A DNA stretch of 64,000 bases from Bacillales bacterium. GTDB lineage: Bacteria > Bacillota_I > Bacilli_A > Izemoplasmatales > UBA1188. Shown here in pieces: positions 27,248 through 37,659 of this stretch. The position numbers and the translations under genes are program-made. Where the stretch lies: positions 7,859-71,858 of the forward strand of contig JAEEXP010000002.1 in the NCBI GenBank assembly GCA_016287865.1, written 5' to 3'. How positions within the stretch are numbered: the first letter of the stretch is position 1; every line of letters begins with the position of its first letter. The notes below the pieces were generated by a model, which saw only the letters and a list, made by a program, of their open reading frames with translations, was not told where the DNA came from and did not search any database.

Positions 27248-30200
27248 ATGTTAAAGAAGTTATTAAGCGTGTTTCTTTGCTTAACAGCAGTTTTCTTTTT
27301 AGCATCATGCGATAAGAAAACTAAGCCTACAAAGAATAATGGCAACGAAACAACAACAACACAAAATGGCAGTGGCTCACAAACTCAAGGTTATGGTTCT
27401 GAAACTCAAACTAAAGAACAAACTGTTGAGCACACATTTGCTGCCTCAGACTTTAGAACAACTGGATCTACATACACAGATCTTACAGTTACTAAAGATG
27501 GAGTTGAATATTATGCACATATTATCGTTGATGGTGGTAAACTTCAATTCCGTGCACCAAAACCTGATCAAAACAAAGAAGGTGCTGTATTAATGAATAA
27601 AACTGCTGGAAAAGCAGTTAAGTCTATCACAGTAGTAACAAGTGATAAACCATATGGAGAAAGAACTCTAGATTTCTATGGTTTTGATGAAGCATTTGAT
27701 GGTATTGATTCATTTGAGGGCGCAGGACTTGAACCACTTGGTTCAATTACTATCACAGCTGCTGGTACTTATACATACGAATTTGAAAGTTCACATTTAT
27801 TCTTTGCTTTCGCAGTATCAGGCGGAGCTCAAAAGTTCGATAGTATTAAAGTTGTATATGGCGGTGAAGTTAAACCTGTTGAAGTTAAGCCAGCTGATGA
27901 AGCTTTAAACACAGCTCTTCAAGCTCTTCAATCATTAACTAATTATAAACTTCACTATGCTTATAAAGGTACTGGAGATTTTGCTGATTATCCACTAGAT
28001 GTTACTCTTTATTTCAAAGGCGATGAAAATGATTCAATTATGGTTGAAACTACAGAAGAAGACTGGCTCTCTGGTGAAACTTATCCAGTAACTTATTATT
28101 ACTTCATTAAAGACCTTATTGAATATGTTGAGTTTGAATATGTAGAATCAGATGAAGAATTTGATTATGGTGATATTGATTGGAGTGATTTCTTAACAAG
28201 AAGAAATGCTAATGATGATACTGAAGAATCAAATTGGGTATATGTTACTAGTGAAAATGCAGATTTTGATCAATATTACTATGCGTTAAATATTCCAGAG
28301 ATTGATTTTGATGTTTTAACTTATACTGATTTTGAAAAGATTGGTGATAATAAATATAGATTAAGCTCAACTAAGATTGATACTGTTTCTGATGATTTCT
28401 TCTGTGGAAACGGTAATCTTGAAGGTGATGATACTGACGCTTATGGTGATTCATATCACTATGTAACTACTGAAACTTATAAGAGTTTTGAAGTTACTAT
28501 TGCTGATGGCAATGTATCTAAGATTATCGTTAAATCTAATTATACAGAAGTAGATACATATAGTGATGGTGATGAAACATATACTGGTTCATTCACTTAT
28601 ACAATTGAGTTCTCTGAAATTGGTAAAGTTAACTTCACTATTCCAGAAGCTACAGAATACGTAGGACCAGCTGAAGAAGCTAAAGTTGCTAATGTTTATG
28701 AACTCGAAGATGGCGCAAGTGTATCTTTAGCTGCATATGTAAATGGTGTTAACACAGCTGAAAAAGTACTTTATGTATGTGATGAAACTGGTTCAATCGC
28801 ACTTCATTATGATACTCTTGAAACAGTTCCAGCAGTTGGAAAGATTGTTGAATTCACAGCTACAGTTAAAGTAACTGGTAAACTCTATGAACTCGTATTA
28901 ACTGAACTTACAATTGATGAAGAAGAAGCAACTTCAATGATCGGTTATGAAGTTGAAACACTCGAAGATAAAGATGAAACTTACGCTGGTGAAATTATTA
29001 ACCTCAACTTCGCTATAGTTAAGGAATATGATTTAACAAATAAACAAATTGTATTTACTACAATCGGTGGTAAAGATATCTCATTAGTATTTGGTGAAGA
29101 AGATATGAGCCAAATTGCAACTATCTTCAGAACAGATGACCCAGTTGGTAAGGCTGTTAGTCTTAAGAATGTTGCTGTTTCATTATCTGGCGATGATTTC
29201 ATTTTAAGACTTACAGATATAACTTCATACGAATATTCTAATGGTCTTAAGACAAATGCTAAAGATATCACAGTTGAATATGATACAGCTATTAAAGATG
29301 CACTTGCTGATTTAGTTGTAACATTCTATCAAGATGGTGTTAAGACAGTCCTTGATGCTGGAGACTATGCAATTGATGATACAGAATATAGAAGAACAAA
29401 ACCTGGAACATACACAATCATTCTTTCTAAGGGTGATCAAACTGCTAAAGTATACGTTCAAGTTAAACTTCCAGAAGGTAAAGTTGATGAATTTACTGAA
29501 GATCAAGGTAAGGGTGTTAAATACGCTACTGAAAGATATGGTGTAAACGTAGGTCTTCCATCTGAAGGTAATGTAAATGTGCTTGTTATTCCAGTTATGT
29601 TCACAAATTCACCAGAAAATCTTAAGACTGGTTATAAAGAACTCCTTGAAAAAGGATTCAATGGAACTAGTGAAGCTACTGGTTGGGAATCTTTAAGATC
29701 ATATTATCAAAAAGTATCTTATGGTAAATTAAACTTCACTGCTACAGTTCTTGATGCATTCATTACTGGTGAAGCTTACCACTTATCTGAAAAAGATTAT
29801 GAAGAAGGTTATCTTGAAGGATTTGATGCTTTAGATTATAAATATTTAGCTAGAGCTATCGCATACTACGATACAACTATTGATTACACTCAATATGATG
29901 CTAATAATGATGGTTATATTGATTGCGTATATATGATTTATCTTGCTCCATATTCAACAAGCGAAGACGCAATGGATTTATGGTGGGCATATACATATGA
30001 ATACTATGAATCAGGCGAAGAATCTAAATTTGATGGTAAAGCAATTGATGTATATATGTGGTTAAGTATTGGTTTCTTCACTGAAGAATTAACTGATGAT
30101 TATGGCCAAGTTCTTGAAAAACAACCAATAGTAAACGCTGAAACTGTTATTCATGAAACTGGTCACGCTTTAGGTCTTGATGACTACTATGACTATAATG

Positions 30201-30808
30201 GTGAAGATAACATTGAAACAGGTGGATTTGGTGGTGGTATCATGATGGATACAAACGTTGGTGATCATGATGCATTCTCTAAAGCATTACTTGGCTGGAT
30301 TAACCCAACTATCGTAATCAATAAAGACGCTGAATTAACTATTGAATCATTAGCTAAAGTTGATGAAGCTGATATCAACAAGAAAGCAATCTTTATCGCT
30401 AAAGACTTTAATGGTATATACTATAATGAATTCTATATTATCTACCTTTACCCTACAACAGGTGTAAATGAAATGATGAAAGGTAATAGTGGCCTTCCAA
30501 CTGAAACTGGTGTAATGATTCTTCATGTTGTTGCTAATCCTAAATCTGATAATTCATCAATTACTTCAATTTGGGATGTTACAGAAGCTCATAATGGTAA
30601 CCCAAGCAATATGCTTATTACAGTAGTAGAAGCTGATGGTGATGGTTCTATTGCTAAGAATCAATATTTAGATAATAGTGATTTATGGAAAGCAAACGGC
30701 AAACTTGAAGGTATTAAGTGGGCTGATGGATCTAACGCTGGATTCACAGTTGAAGTTAAAACTTTAACTAATGGTGAAGCTACAGTCGTTATCGATTTTG
30801 CTGAATAA
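27248..30808 (+). CDS. Large acidic lipoprotein with C-terminal M6 (immune inhibitor A-like) metalloprotease domain
   Basis: Lipobox LASC; LPSEG.VNVLVIPV, SLRSYYQKVSYGKL, HETGHALGLDDYYD, MMD, K.LLGW. Confidence 0.85.
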   Translation: MLKKLLSVFLCLTAVFFLASCDKKTKPTKNNGNETTTTQNGSGSQTQGYGSETQTKEQTVEHTFAASDFRTTGSTYTDLTVTKDGVEYYAHIIVDGGKLQFRAPKPDQNKEGAVLMNKTAGKAVKSITVVTSDKPYGERTLDFYGFDEAFDGIDSFEGAGLEPLGSITITAAGTYTYEFESSHLFFAFAVSGGAQKFDSIKVVYGGEVKPVEVKPADEALNTALQALQSLTNYKLHYAYKGTGDFADYPLDVTLYFKGDENDSIMVETTEEDWLSGETYPVTYYYFIKDLIEYVEFEYVESDEEFDYGDIDWSDFLTRRNANDDTEESNWVYVTSENADFDQYYYALNIPEIDFDVLTYTDFEKIGDNKYRLSSTKIDTVSDDFFCGNGNLEGDDTDAYGDSYHYVTTETYKSFEVTIADGNVSKIIVKSNYTEVDTYSDGDETYTGSFTYTIEFSEIGKVNFTIPEATEYVGPAEEAKVANVYELEDGASVSLAAYVNGVNTAEKVLYVCDETGSIALHYDTLETVPAVGKIVEFTATVKVTGKLYELVLTELTIDEEEATSMIGYEVETLEDKDETYAGEIINLNFAIVKEYDLTNKQIVFTTIGGKDISLVFGEEDMSQIATIFRTDDPVGKAVSLKNVAVSLSGDDFILRLTDITSYEYSNGLKTNAKDITVEYDTAIKDALADLVVTFYQDGVKTVLDAGDYAIDDTEYRRTKPGTYTIILSKGDQTAKVYVQVKLPEGKVDEFTEDQGKGVKYATERYGVNVGLPSEGNVNVLVIPVMFTNSPENLKTGYKELLEKGFNGTSEATGWESLRSYYQKVSYGKLNFTATVLDAFITGEAYHLSEKDYEEGYLEGFDALDYKYLARAIAYYDTTIDYTQYDANNDGYIDCVYMIYLAPYSTSEDAMDLWWAYTYEYYESGEESKFDGKAIDVYMWLSIGFFTEELTDDYGQVLEKQPIVNAETVIHETGHALGLDDYYDYNGEDNIETGGFGGGIMMDTNVGDHDAFSKALLGWINPTIVINKDAELTIESLAKVDEADINKKAIFIAKDFNGIYYNEFYIIYLYPTTGVNEMMKGNSGLPTETGVMILHVVANPKSDNSSITSIWDVTEAHNGNPSNMLITVVEADGDGSIAKNQYLDNSDLWKANGKLEGIKWADGSNAGFTVEVKTLTNGEATVVIDFAE

Positions 30809-30824
30809 TTAATAAATTAATTAT

Positions 30825-30858
30825 AAAGGCTCTAGACAATCTAGAGCCTTTTCTTTTT
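30825..30858 (+). terminator. Intrinsic terminator
   Basis: AAAGGCTCTAGA/TCTAGAGCCTTT. Confidence 0.75.
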
Positions 30859-30919
30859 GAGCATATTTCTTGGCTAAAATCTATTATTTGCTATAATTAG
30901 AATAAAATTAGGGGGACAT

Positions 30920-31867
30920 ATGAAATATAATAATTCTATTCTAGAGTTGGTGGGTAATACTCCACTCGTTAAATTAAATAACATTATAGAAGCATTTAAC
31001 CTAAAAGCGAATCTTTACGCAAAAGTAGAAGCTTTTAATCCAGCTGGTTCAGTTAAAGATAGAGCTGCCCTTCAAATGATTGAAGATTTAGAAAAAGAAG
31101 GAATTATAAATCAAGATACATTATTAATAGAACCAACCTCAGGAAACACCGGAATTGGCCTTGCGTTTATTTCAAACTATAAAGGATATAACTTAACAGT
31201 TGTTATGCCTGATAGTATGAGTAAAGAACGTATTGATTTTATGAGATCATATGGTGCAAATGTAGTATTAACTCCTGGAATTAATGGTATGCCTGGTGCT
31301 ATTAGAAAAGCTAAAGAGATTAATGAGGCAAATCCTAATTCAATAATTGTTGGTCAATTCGTTAATGAATCAAATCCTAAAGCACACTACCTTCATACAG
31401 CTCCAGAAATCTATGAAGCCCTTGATGGAAAAGTAGATGCTTTAGTTGCTGGTATTGGAACTGGTGGAACTATTACTGGTATTGGTCACTTCTTAAAAGA
31501 AAAAGATGAAAATATCAGAGTAATTGGTGTTGAACCAGAAGCATCTCCAGTTCTTACTAAAGGATATTCAGGAAAACATGTAATTCAAGGAATTGGTGCT
31601 GGATTTATTCCAGAAATACTTGATAAAGATGTAATTGATGAAGTTATTGATGTCCCAAATGAAAGTGCACTCAAAACTACTCTCTTACTTTCAAGAGCCG
31701 AATCAATTCTTGCGGGTATTTCATCTGGTGCTGCATTATATGCCGCAATTCAAGTTGCTAAAAGAGATGAATTTAAGGGAAAGAATGTTGTAGTTATATT
31801 ACCTGATAATGGAGATAGATATATGTCTAGTGGCGTATATCTAGATAAAGAAGAGGAAGAATCTTAA
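30920..31867 (+). CDS. cysK: Cysteine synthase A
   Basis: NPAGSVKDR, PTSGNTG, GTGGT, IQGIG. Confidence 0.95.
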   Translation: MKYNNSILELVGNTPLVKLNNIIEAFNLKANLYAKVEAFNPAGSVKDRAALQMIEDLEKEGIINQDTLLIEPTSGNTGIGLAFISNYKGYNLTVVMPDSMSKERIDFMRSYGANVVLTPGINGMPGAIRKAKEINEANPNSIIVGQFVNESNPKAHYLHTAPEIYEALDGKVDALVAGIGTGGTITGIGHFLKEKDENIRVIGVEPEASPVLTKGYSGKHVIQGIGAGFIPEILDKDVIDEVIDVPNESALKTTLLLSRAESILAGISSGAALYAAIQVAKRDEFKGKNVVVILPDNGDRYMSSGVYLDKEEEES

Positions 31868-31887
31868 TTGATTCTCCCTCTTTTTAA

Positions 31888-33057
31888 TTATCTTTTATTT
31901 ATTTGAAGTACATAGAATTTTAAGTATTGTGTTTCATCACTTAAAAGAAGTGAAGGATGATCTGGTGCTTGAGATTTAATTTCAATGCATCTAGCATTTA
32001 CTTTAGCTTCTCTAGCTGAATCTATTAACATCTTACTAAATAATACTGGAGTAATGAAATGGCTACAAGAAGAAGATATTAATATTCCTCCTTCATTAAG
32101 TAATTTCATGGCGAGGATATTAATATCTTTATATCCTCTTAAGGCATCGCTAACTTCACTAACTGATTTAGTAAAGGCAGGTGGGTCTAAGACTATCACA
32201 TCAAATTTAGTCCCATCTTTCTTAAAGTCTCTTAATACTTTAAATACATCTCCAGTAATAGTGTCTATATTATTGAATCCGTTTAGTTTAGCGTTTTCTT
32301 TAACGTTTTCTATGGCGCGTTCTGAGATATCTACCGCAGTAACTTTAAGCGCGTTTGTACAAGCGTTTAAAGAGAATCCTCCACTATTACTGAAACAATC
32401 AAGCACAGTTTTACCTTTAGTATATCTTCTTAAAGCTAATCTATTGTCTTTTTGATCTAAGAAGTAACCAGTCTTTTGACCTTCTTTAATATGAACTGAA
32501 AGTTTTAAACCATTCTCAGTAATAATAACGCTATCAGGTACTTCACCATATAAAGTTGACTCAATAGATTTAAGACCTTCTTTAGTTCTTAAATTCTCTT
32601 CACATCTCTCATATATTCCTTTAGGATTAAATAATTCTATAATTGATTCAACTATTATATCTTTCTTTAAATCCATTCCTAGCGAAGATATTTCAATCAC
32701 ATATACATCCTCATATTTATCAATGATAAGACCTGGAAGAGCGTCAGCTTCACTAAATACCATTCTATAGGCAGAACTTAAGCCTAAGCTAACTCTAAAG
32801 TCATTAGCTTTTTTAATTCTTTCTTTAAATAATTCTTTAGAATCATCTTCATCTTTATTTAAGAATAATCTAACTAAAACCTTTGATAAATGATTAATAT
32901 AACCTTTACCTAGGAATTTATCGTCAAATGAATAAACTTCTGCGAGAGAGCCATTTTTATCTTTATTCTCAACTCGAAGTACTTCATTCGCATAGATAGT
33001 GTTAGATCCACTTATTATTCTTTTTTCTTCATTCTTTTTTAAGATTACTTTATACAT
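31888..33057 (-). CDS. Class I SAM-dependent rRNA methyltransferase (RlmI-like)
   Basis: PUA-like N-terminus, SEADALPGLIID, GQKTGYFLDQ, LDPPAF, QAPDHP. Confidence 0.88.
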   Translation of the reverse strand: MYKVILKKNEEKRIISGSNTIYANEVLRVENKDKNGSLAEVYSFDDKFLGKGYINHLSKVLVRLFLNKDEDDSKELFKERIKKANDFRVSLGLSSAYRMVFSEADALPGLIIDKYEDVYVIEISSLGMDLKKDIIVESIIELFNPKGIYERCEENLRTKEGLKSIESTLYGEVPDSVIITENGLKLSVHIKEGQKTGYFLDQKDNRLALRRYTKGKTVLDCFSNSGGFSLNACTNALKVTAVDISERAIENVKENAKLNGFNNIDTITGDVFKVLRDFKKDGTKFDVIVLDPPAFTKSVSEVSDALRGYKDINILAMKLLNEGGILISSSCSHFITPVLFSKMLIDSAREAKVNARCIEIKSQAPDHPSLLLSDETQYLKFYVLQINKR

Positions 33058-33138
33058 AATATCACCTACTTTATTTTACCCTAAAATAAAGAGTTGAAAC
33101 ATATTATTTTCGATTATAATAATTAGTGAGGATTTAAA

Positions 33139-33948
33139 ATGGCTCAATTAATAATTAATTTTTTGTTTCAATTGTTTTATTATGTAGTCTTAATATTACT
33201 TATGGGTTTCGTTATTGGCCTTTTAAATAAATTATTTTATTCATTACTTTATAATAATAGAGTGGTTTGTTTTATAACTGGTTTAATTGGTACACCTATT
33301 CACGAATTATCACATGCGTTAATGTGTATTATTTTTATGCATAAAATAGAAGAAATGAGACTATATAGAATAAGTAATGATGGAGTCCTTGGATACGTTG
33401 ATCATACATATAATAAGAAGAATATATATGCCGCATCAGGCAACTATTTAATTGGTGCAGCACCAATTATAGTTGGAAGCGTTATTATATATTTACTTAC
33501 TATCTTTCTTCTTAAAGATATGGGATTGGCTATTAATAATGAAGTTCATAATTTTGTATCATCTCCAATAAGTTTTAATAGTTTTTATATTCTAATAAAG
33601 ACTACAACTATCAATCTTTTTACTTCATTTTCATTTTACTGGCAGTCACTTCTATATATATTTATAGTATTGTGTCTTGCCCTTCATATGAATTTATCTA
33701 ATGCGGATATTAAATGCGCATTACTAGGGTTACCATTTTTAGTAGTTATATTAGCCCTAGTAAATGTCTTATTATATTATTTACTTGTGAACTGGTATGA
33801 ACCATTCTTAAATATAATGTTTCTTGGAGGTTCATATCTCCTCGTTACTTTATTAATATCTTTATTATTCTCACTAGTATTAGTACTGTTTGCCTCATTA
33901 ATTAGATTAATAATTGTGATACTTAAACCTAGAAATAAAAATAGTTAA
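33139..33948 (+). CDS. Integral membrane protein, M50-like metallopeptidase
   Basis: GTPIHELSH, LGYV.H, IGAAP, LS.AD within TM segments. Confidence 0.6.
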   Translation: MAQLIINFLFQLFYYVVLILLMGFVIGLLNKLFYSLLYNNRVVCFITGLIGTPIHELSHALMCIIFMHKIEEMRLYRISNDGVLGYVDHTYNKKNIYAASGNYLIGAAPIIVGSVIIYLLTIFLLKDMGLAINNEVHNFVSSPISFNSFYILIKTTTINLFTSFSFYWQSLLYIFIVLCLALHMNLSNADIKCALLGLPFLVVILALVNVLLYYLLVNWYEPFLNIMFLGGSYLLVTLLISLLFSLVLVLFASLIRLIIVILKPRNKNS

Positions 33949-34007
33949 GCATAACTAACCACTATATTTTTAATATATGTTAGAATACATTATAAAATAA
34001 AATATAT

Positions 34008-34079
34008 ACATCTATAGTTAAATGGATATAACGTATCATTCCGGATGATAAGTTGTGGGTTCGACTCCTGCTAGATGTA
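34008..34079 (+). tRNA. tRNA-Arg(CCG), no encoded CCA
   Basis: ACATCTA/TAGATGT acceptor, D arm GTTAAATGGATATAAC, TATCA-TTCCGGA-TGATA anticodon arm, GGTTCGACTCC. Confidence 0.85.
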
Positions 34080-34094
34080 TAATGGAGGAAAAAC

Positions 34095-34562
34095 ATGATT
34101 TATGATTTTGTAGTAAAACAAAAGGGTAGTGATGTATCATTAAGTGAATTTAAAGGCAAAGTATTATTAATCGTTAATACTGCGACTCGTTGTGGATTTA
34201 CTCCTCAATACACAGGACTTGAAGCATTATATGAAAAATATAATGAAAAGGGATTTGAAATTTTAGATTTCCCATGCAATCAATTCTTATTCCAAGCACC
34301 TGGATCAGATGAAGAGATTAATGAGTTCTGTTCACTTAACTATAATACTAAATTCCCTAGATTCTCTAAGGTTAAAGTAAATGGTAAAGAAGAAGAACCA
34401 CTATTTAGATTCTTAAAGGATAACGCTCCTGAAAATACAGGTAAGAATGTTAAATGGAACTTTACTAAATTCTTAGTAGATAGAAGTGGAAATGTTGTTC
34501 ATAGATTTGAACCAACTGACACTCCTGAATCTATTGAAAAGAGTATCGAAGAATTATTATAA
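34095..34562 (+). CDS. Glutathione peroxidase family protein (Cys type)
   Basis: VNTATRCGFTPQY, DFPCNQF, KWNFTKFL. Confidence 0.95.
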   Translation: MIYDFVVKQKGSDVSLSEFKGKVLLIVNTATRCGFTPQYTGLEALYEKYNEKGFEILDFPCNQFLFQAPGSDEEINEFCSLNYNTKFPRFSKVKVNGKEEEPLFRFLKDNAPENTGKNVKWNFTKFLVDRSGNVVHRFEPTDTPESIEKSIEELL

Positions 34563-34593
34563 GAGATGGATTTAATCCATCTTTTATTTTTTT
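34563..34593 (+). terminator. Intrinsic terminator
   Basis: AGATGGAT/ATCCATCT plus T-run. Confidence 0.65.
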
Positions 34594-34674
34594 ATTATCC
34601 TAATTGAAAAAAGAAAAAGAGAGATTTATAATTTATGTGGAGTAACAATTTGTAGAAATATATTAGGAGGAAAA

Positions 34675-36162
34675 ATGATTAATTCATTGTTATTTGCAAT
34701 TCAACCATTTGTTTATGTGCTTATTGGCATAGTTGTAGCTGCAATTATAATTGTGGCTGTTCTTCTTATTTTAAAATCTAAAAAAGCAAAACAAGAAGAT
34801 GATGTTGTTGAACCTATCAAAGTAGAAGAATCTAAAGAAGAAGAATTTGTTCCTGTTGAAGAAGAGGCTGAAGAAGAAGATGATGAAGAAGATGAAGAAG
34901 AGGAATTAACTCTTAAAGAATCTATCGAGAAAGCGAGTCATTCTGAAACTAAAACTGAAATTCATAAACAATTCATTAGAGACTATCTAAGAAAAAGATT
35001 CAATGATGAAGTAATAGTAAATGAAAGAGAGAATTATACCTCAACTGGCCTCCCTCTAGCTGACACTCATTATGTAAATAAAGGTCATATTAAAAAATGC
35101 TTTGTTTATGTATATGAAACAGAAGGAACTACACTCCTTTTAATTAATGCAGATCACCATTTATCTCATGAACTTCACCAAGAAGGAAAACTTGTAAACA
35201 AGAGTTTATTCCCTAAATCAAAAGATCAATGGTATAGCTTACCTATTGATTCTAAATATACAAACGAAGATATTGAATATATTCTTGATTACTGTTATTT
35301 CTTACCACTTGGTGTAAGAGTTGTAAGAGATAGTGCTAAGAAAGCAAAAGGTGAAGTAACATTAAAAGAATCTCTAGCTATCGCTAAAGAATCTTCAGTA
35401 AATGATATCTTCAATAAGAAGTTCGTTGTAGACCACTTAGAAGAAAAATACGGTGAAGAAGTAATAGTTAACGAAAGAGCAAACTTCACTTCTACTGGTC
35501 TTCCTCTAGCTGATACTCACTATGTAAATAAAGGCGATGTAAAGAAATGCTTTATCTATGTATATGAAGTAGATGGAACATTACTCTTACTTGGAAATGC
35601 TGATAATAAGTTAATGAAAGAACTTAAAGATGAAGGCAAAGTAGTTAATAAGAGTTTATTCCCTAAATCAAAAGATACATGGCTCTCTATTCCAATTGAT
35701 TCTAAATATACATCAAGAGACGTTAGATATATTGTAGATTACTGCTATGGTCTTCAACTTGGTGAAAAGACAGAAAAAGAAGTAGAACATACTCATCAAG
35801 CTCATCACCTAAAAGATGTAGAAGTTAAAGAAAAAGTAACTGTAGCTGAAGCTGAAGATTTAATCGGTGATGAAGTAGTAAAAGAAGCTATCCACGAAGA
35901 ATTCGTTAAATCTATAGGTGGCAAGAAAACTATCATAAACATTGATATAATCTCAGAAAACTTTAATAGTGGTGATAAAGTAACTATTAAAGAAATGAAA
36001 GAAAAAGGATTAATTCAAAGTAAGTTTGATTCAGTTAAAGTTCTCGCAAGAGGAGTACTTGATAAGAAACTCACAATAGTAGCAGATGACTTCAGTGATG
36101 ATGCAATAAAGATGATTGTTGCAACAGGCGGAGAAGTAATCGAACTTAAACAAAAGAAATAG
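34675..36162 (+). CDS. Membrane-anchored protein: N-terminal TM, acidic linker, two ~135-aa repeats (YjbR/MmcQ-like) and a C-terminal ribosomal uL15-like domain
   Basis: Repeat NER.N.TSTGLPLADTHYV...KSLFPKSKD.W; C-terminal IINIDII...LI...VKVLARGVLDKKLTIVADDFS..AIKMIVATGGEV. Confidence 0.75.
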   Translation: MINSLLFAIQPFVYVLIGIVVAAIIIVAVLLILKSKKAKQEDDVVEPIKVEESKEEEFVPVEEEAEEEDDEEDEEEELTLKESIEKASHSETKTEIHKQFIRDYLRKRFNDEVIVNERENYTSTGLPLADTHYVNKGHIKKCFVYVYETEGTTLLLINADHHLSHELHQEGKLVNKSLFPKSKDQWYSLPIDSKYTNEDIEYILDYCYFLPLGVRVVRDSAKKAKGEVTLKESLAIAKESSVNDIFNKKFVVDHLEEKYGEEVIVNERANFTSTGLPLADTHYVNKGDVKKCFIYVYEVDGTLLLLGNADNKLMKELKDEGKVVNKSLFPKSKDTWLSIPIDSKYTSRDVRYIVDYCYGLQLGEKTEKEVEHTHQAHHLKDVEVKEKVTVAEAEDLIGDEVVKEAIHEEFVKSIGGKKTIINIDIISENFNSGDKVTIKEMKEKGLIQSKFDSVKVLARGVLDKKLTIVADDFSDDAIKMIVATGGEVIELKQKK

Positions 36163-36176
36163 TTAAATAAATAATA

Positions 36177-36204
36177 AAAGGATGGATTAATTTCCATCCT
36201 TTTT
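36177..36204. repeat. 28-bp terminator hairpin identical to 38142..38169
   Basis: AAAGGATGGATTAATTTCCATCCTTTTT occurs at both positions. Confidence 0.85.
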
Positions 36205-36415
36205 CTTGTAAAAAGGATTTCTTCATATTATAATCAAATCGAGGAATAAACCATGCTTGAATATAACCTTAAAATAGACTACTTATTTTCTAAAAAATAT
36301 TTAAATATGAAAGTGGTTATGTTCAAGATGAAAGTTATTGTAGGAATGTAAAAAGTGATTGAAAATTTAGTGGAAAAGATTTCAAGAGCTTTGTTACTTT
36401 GAATGGAGATTTAAA

Positions 36416-36826
36416 ATGAATATAAAAAAACTAAATATGTACGGCTATCATGATTCCGCTATATCATTTATTAAAATTGAGAAAGGATATGTTAATATTT
36501 TCTTTCATAAAGGCCTTTATGTATTAAATGATAATGGATCTGAAATAGAAAAAAGTGAACCGATAGTATTAAAGATTAAAGTAAATGACTGTTTGGTTGA
36601 GGAAACCTCTTTCTTAGTTAACATACTATCTTACAATAGAAAGAAAAAATATATAGATGTAAATAAATTTAATAACGAAGCACTTAAAAATTCAATTGAT
36701 ATTTCAAACTTATATTATTCTGATTTCAATGATGAAGTTTTAATTGTAGCTTCAAGTCGTAAACATGATTACTATTTAATTATTGAGGAGTGCATTGATA
36801 TAGATTTTGTTTTGCTTGACAATTAA
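36416..36826 (+). CDS. Hypothetical protein
   Basis: GGAG RBS, 136 aa, N-terminal YHDS.I motif. Confidence 0.55.
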   Translation: MNIKKLNMYGYHDSAISFIKIEKGYVNIFFHKGLYVLNDNGSEIEKSEPIVLKIKVNDCLVEETSFLVNILSYNRKKKYIDVNKFNNEALKNSIDISNLYYSDFNDEVLIVASSRKHDYYLIIEECIDIDFVLLDN

Positions 36827-36910
36827 GCTTATAGGAAATAATGGTTGAGCAGTCTCGGTGAAATAAAAAAACAAAAATAGTTAGAAAGAAAAAAATGATA
36901 GGTTTTTAAT

Positions 36911-37318
36911 ATGAAAATTTATTTCGTTGAATATGTATTTTTTAAAAAAATAGATAAAACCGATGGTGAAAGAGTGGAACTGCGACTTGGAGCAGGGTTT
37001 TGGGTAAACGAAAAGAAAATGGCAGTTGATTTAATAGAAATGAAGAAAAATCTGAATAAAGGTTGGAGAGTAGAAAAAAAAGCGTTTGATGTGCTTGTTA
37101 AAAGAAGACAAAAGAACTTGTATGTTTTAAACTATGAATACGATATATCAGATGGCACTACTTTTTATTATCAATTTGAACCTCAAACAAGTTACAAAAA
37201 ATGTTGGGAACAAATGAAAGAATTAGTCAATAATTCAAAATATAAAAATGATTCCACAAAGATTTGCACTAGAGGAAGAGACGGATGGTTTGTTGAAAAA
37301 TATGAAATAGTATGGTAA
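36911..37318 (+). CDS. Hypothetical protein
   Basis: 135-aa ORF, Lys/aromatic rich. Confidence 0.5.
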   Translation: MKIYFVEYVFFKKIDKTDGERVELRLGAGFWVNEKKMAVDLIEMKKNLNKGWRVEKKAFDVLVKRRQKNLYVLNYEYDISDGTTFYYQFEPQTSYKKCWEQMKELVNNSKYKNDSTKICTRGRDGWFVEKYEIVW

Positions 37319-37491
37319 TTGTTTCTGAAAATTGTGCACTATATTTGCATTATTGTATAAAATGTTTCTGTTATATCAAACACGCTTGTTAAACATAAAT
37401 AGTGAATTGATATAAAAACTTTAATATATGTAATTTATAATTCAATAATTTATGTTAAAGAATAAAATAAATTATATGTAATTGATATGTA

Positions 37492-37610
37492 ATGCAATTA
37501 AAATGGTTGTTGCTACTGGCGGTGAAGTTATTGAATTAAAACAAAAGTAGTATTAAATAAAAAAGAAAAAGGATTTCATTATATTATAATCAAATCGAGG
37601 AATAAACCAT
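37492..37610 (+). repeat. Diverged direct repeat of 36101..36254 (3' end of the uL15-domain gene plus downstream promoter/RBS element)
   Basis: Encodes AIKMVVATGGEVIELKQK* versus AIKMIVATGGEVIELKQKK*; ATATTATAATCAAATCGAGGAATAAACCAT is identical in both. Confidence 0.85.
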
Positions 37611-37659
37611 ACCTAATATCATAATTGATGATTTGCTAAAATATTGAGAGGAATTTAAT

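Noticed and set aside
31985-32455. Longer antisense or out-of-frame ORFs (also 11971..12363, 6236..6520, 28981..29271, 63173..63457 and similar)
   Set aside because: They overlap well-supported genes and lack an RBS or motifs
36253-36351. 32-codon ORF after the repeated GAGG element
   Set aside because: The ATG is absent in the second copy (ATA); more likely a gene remnant
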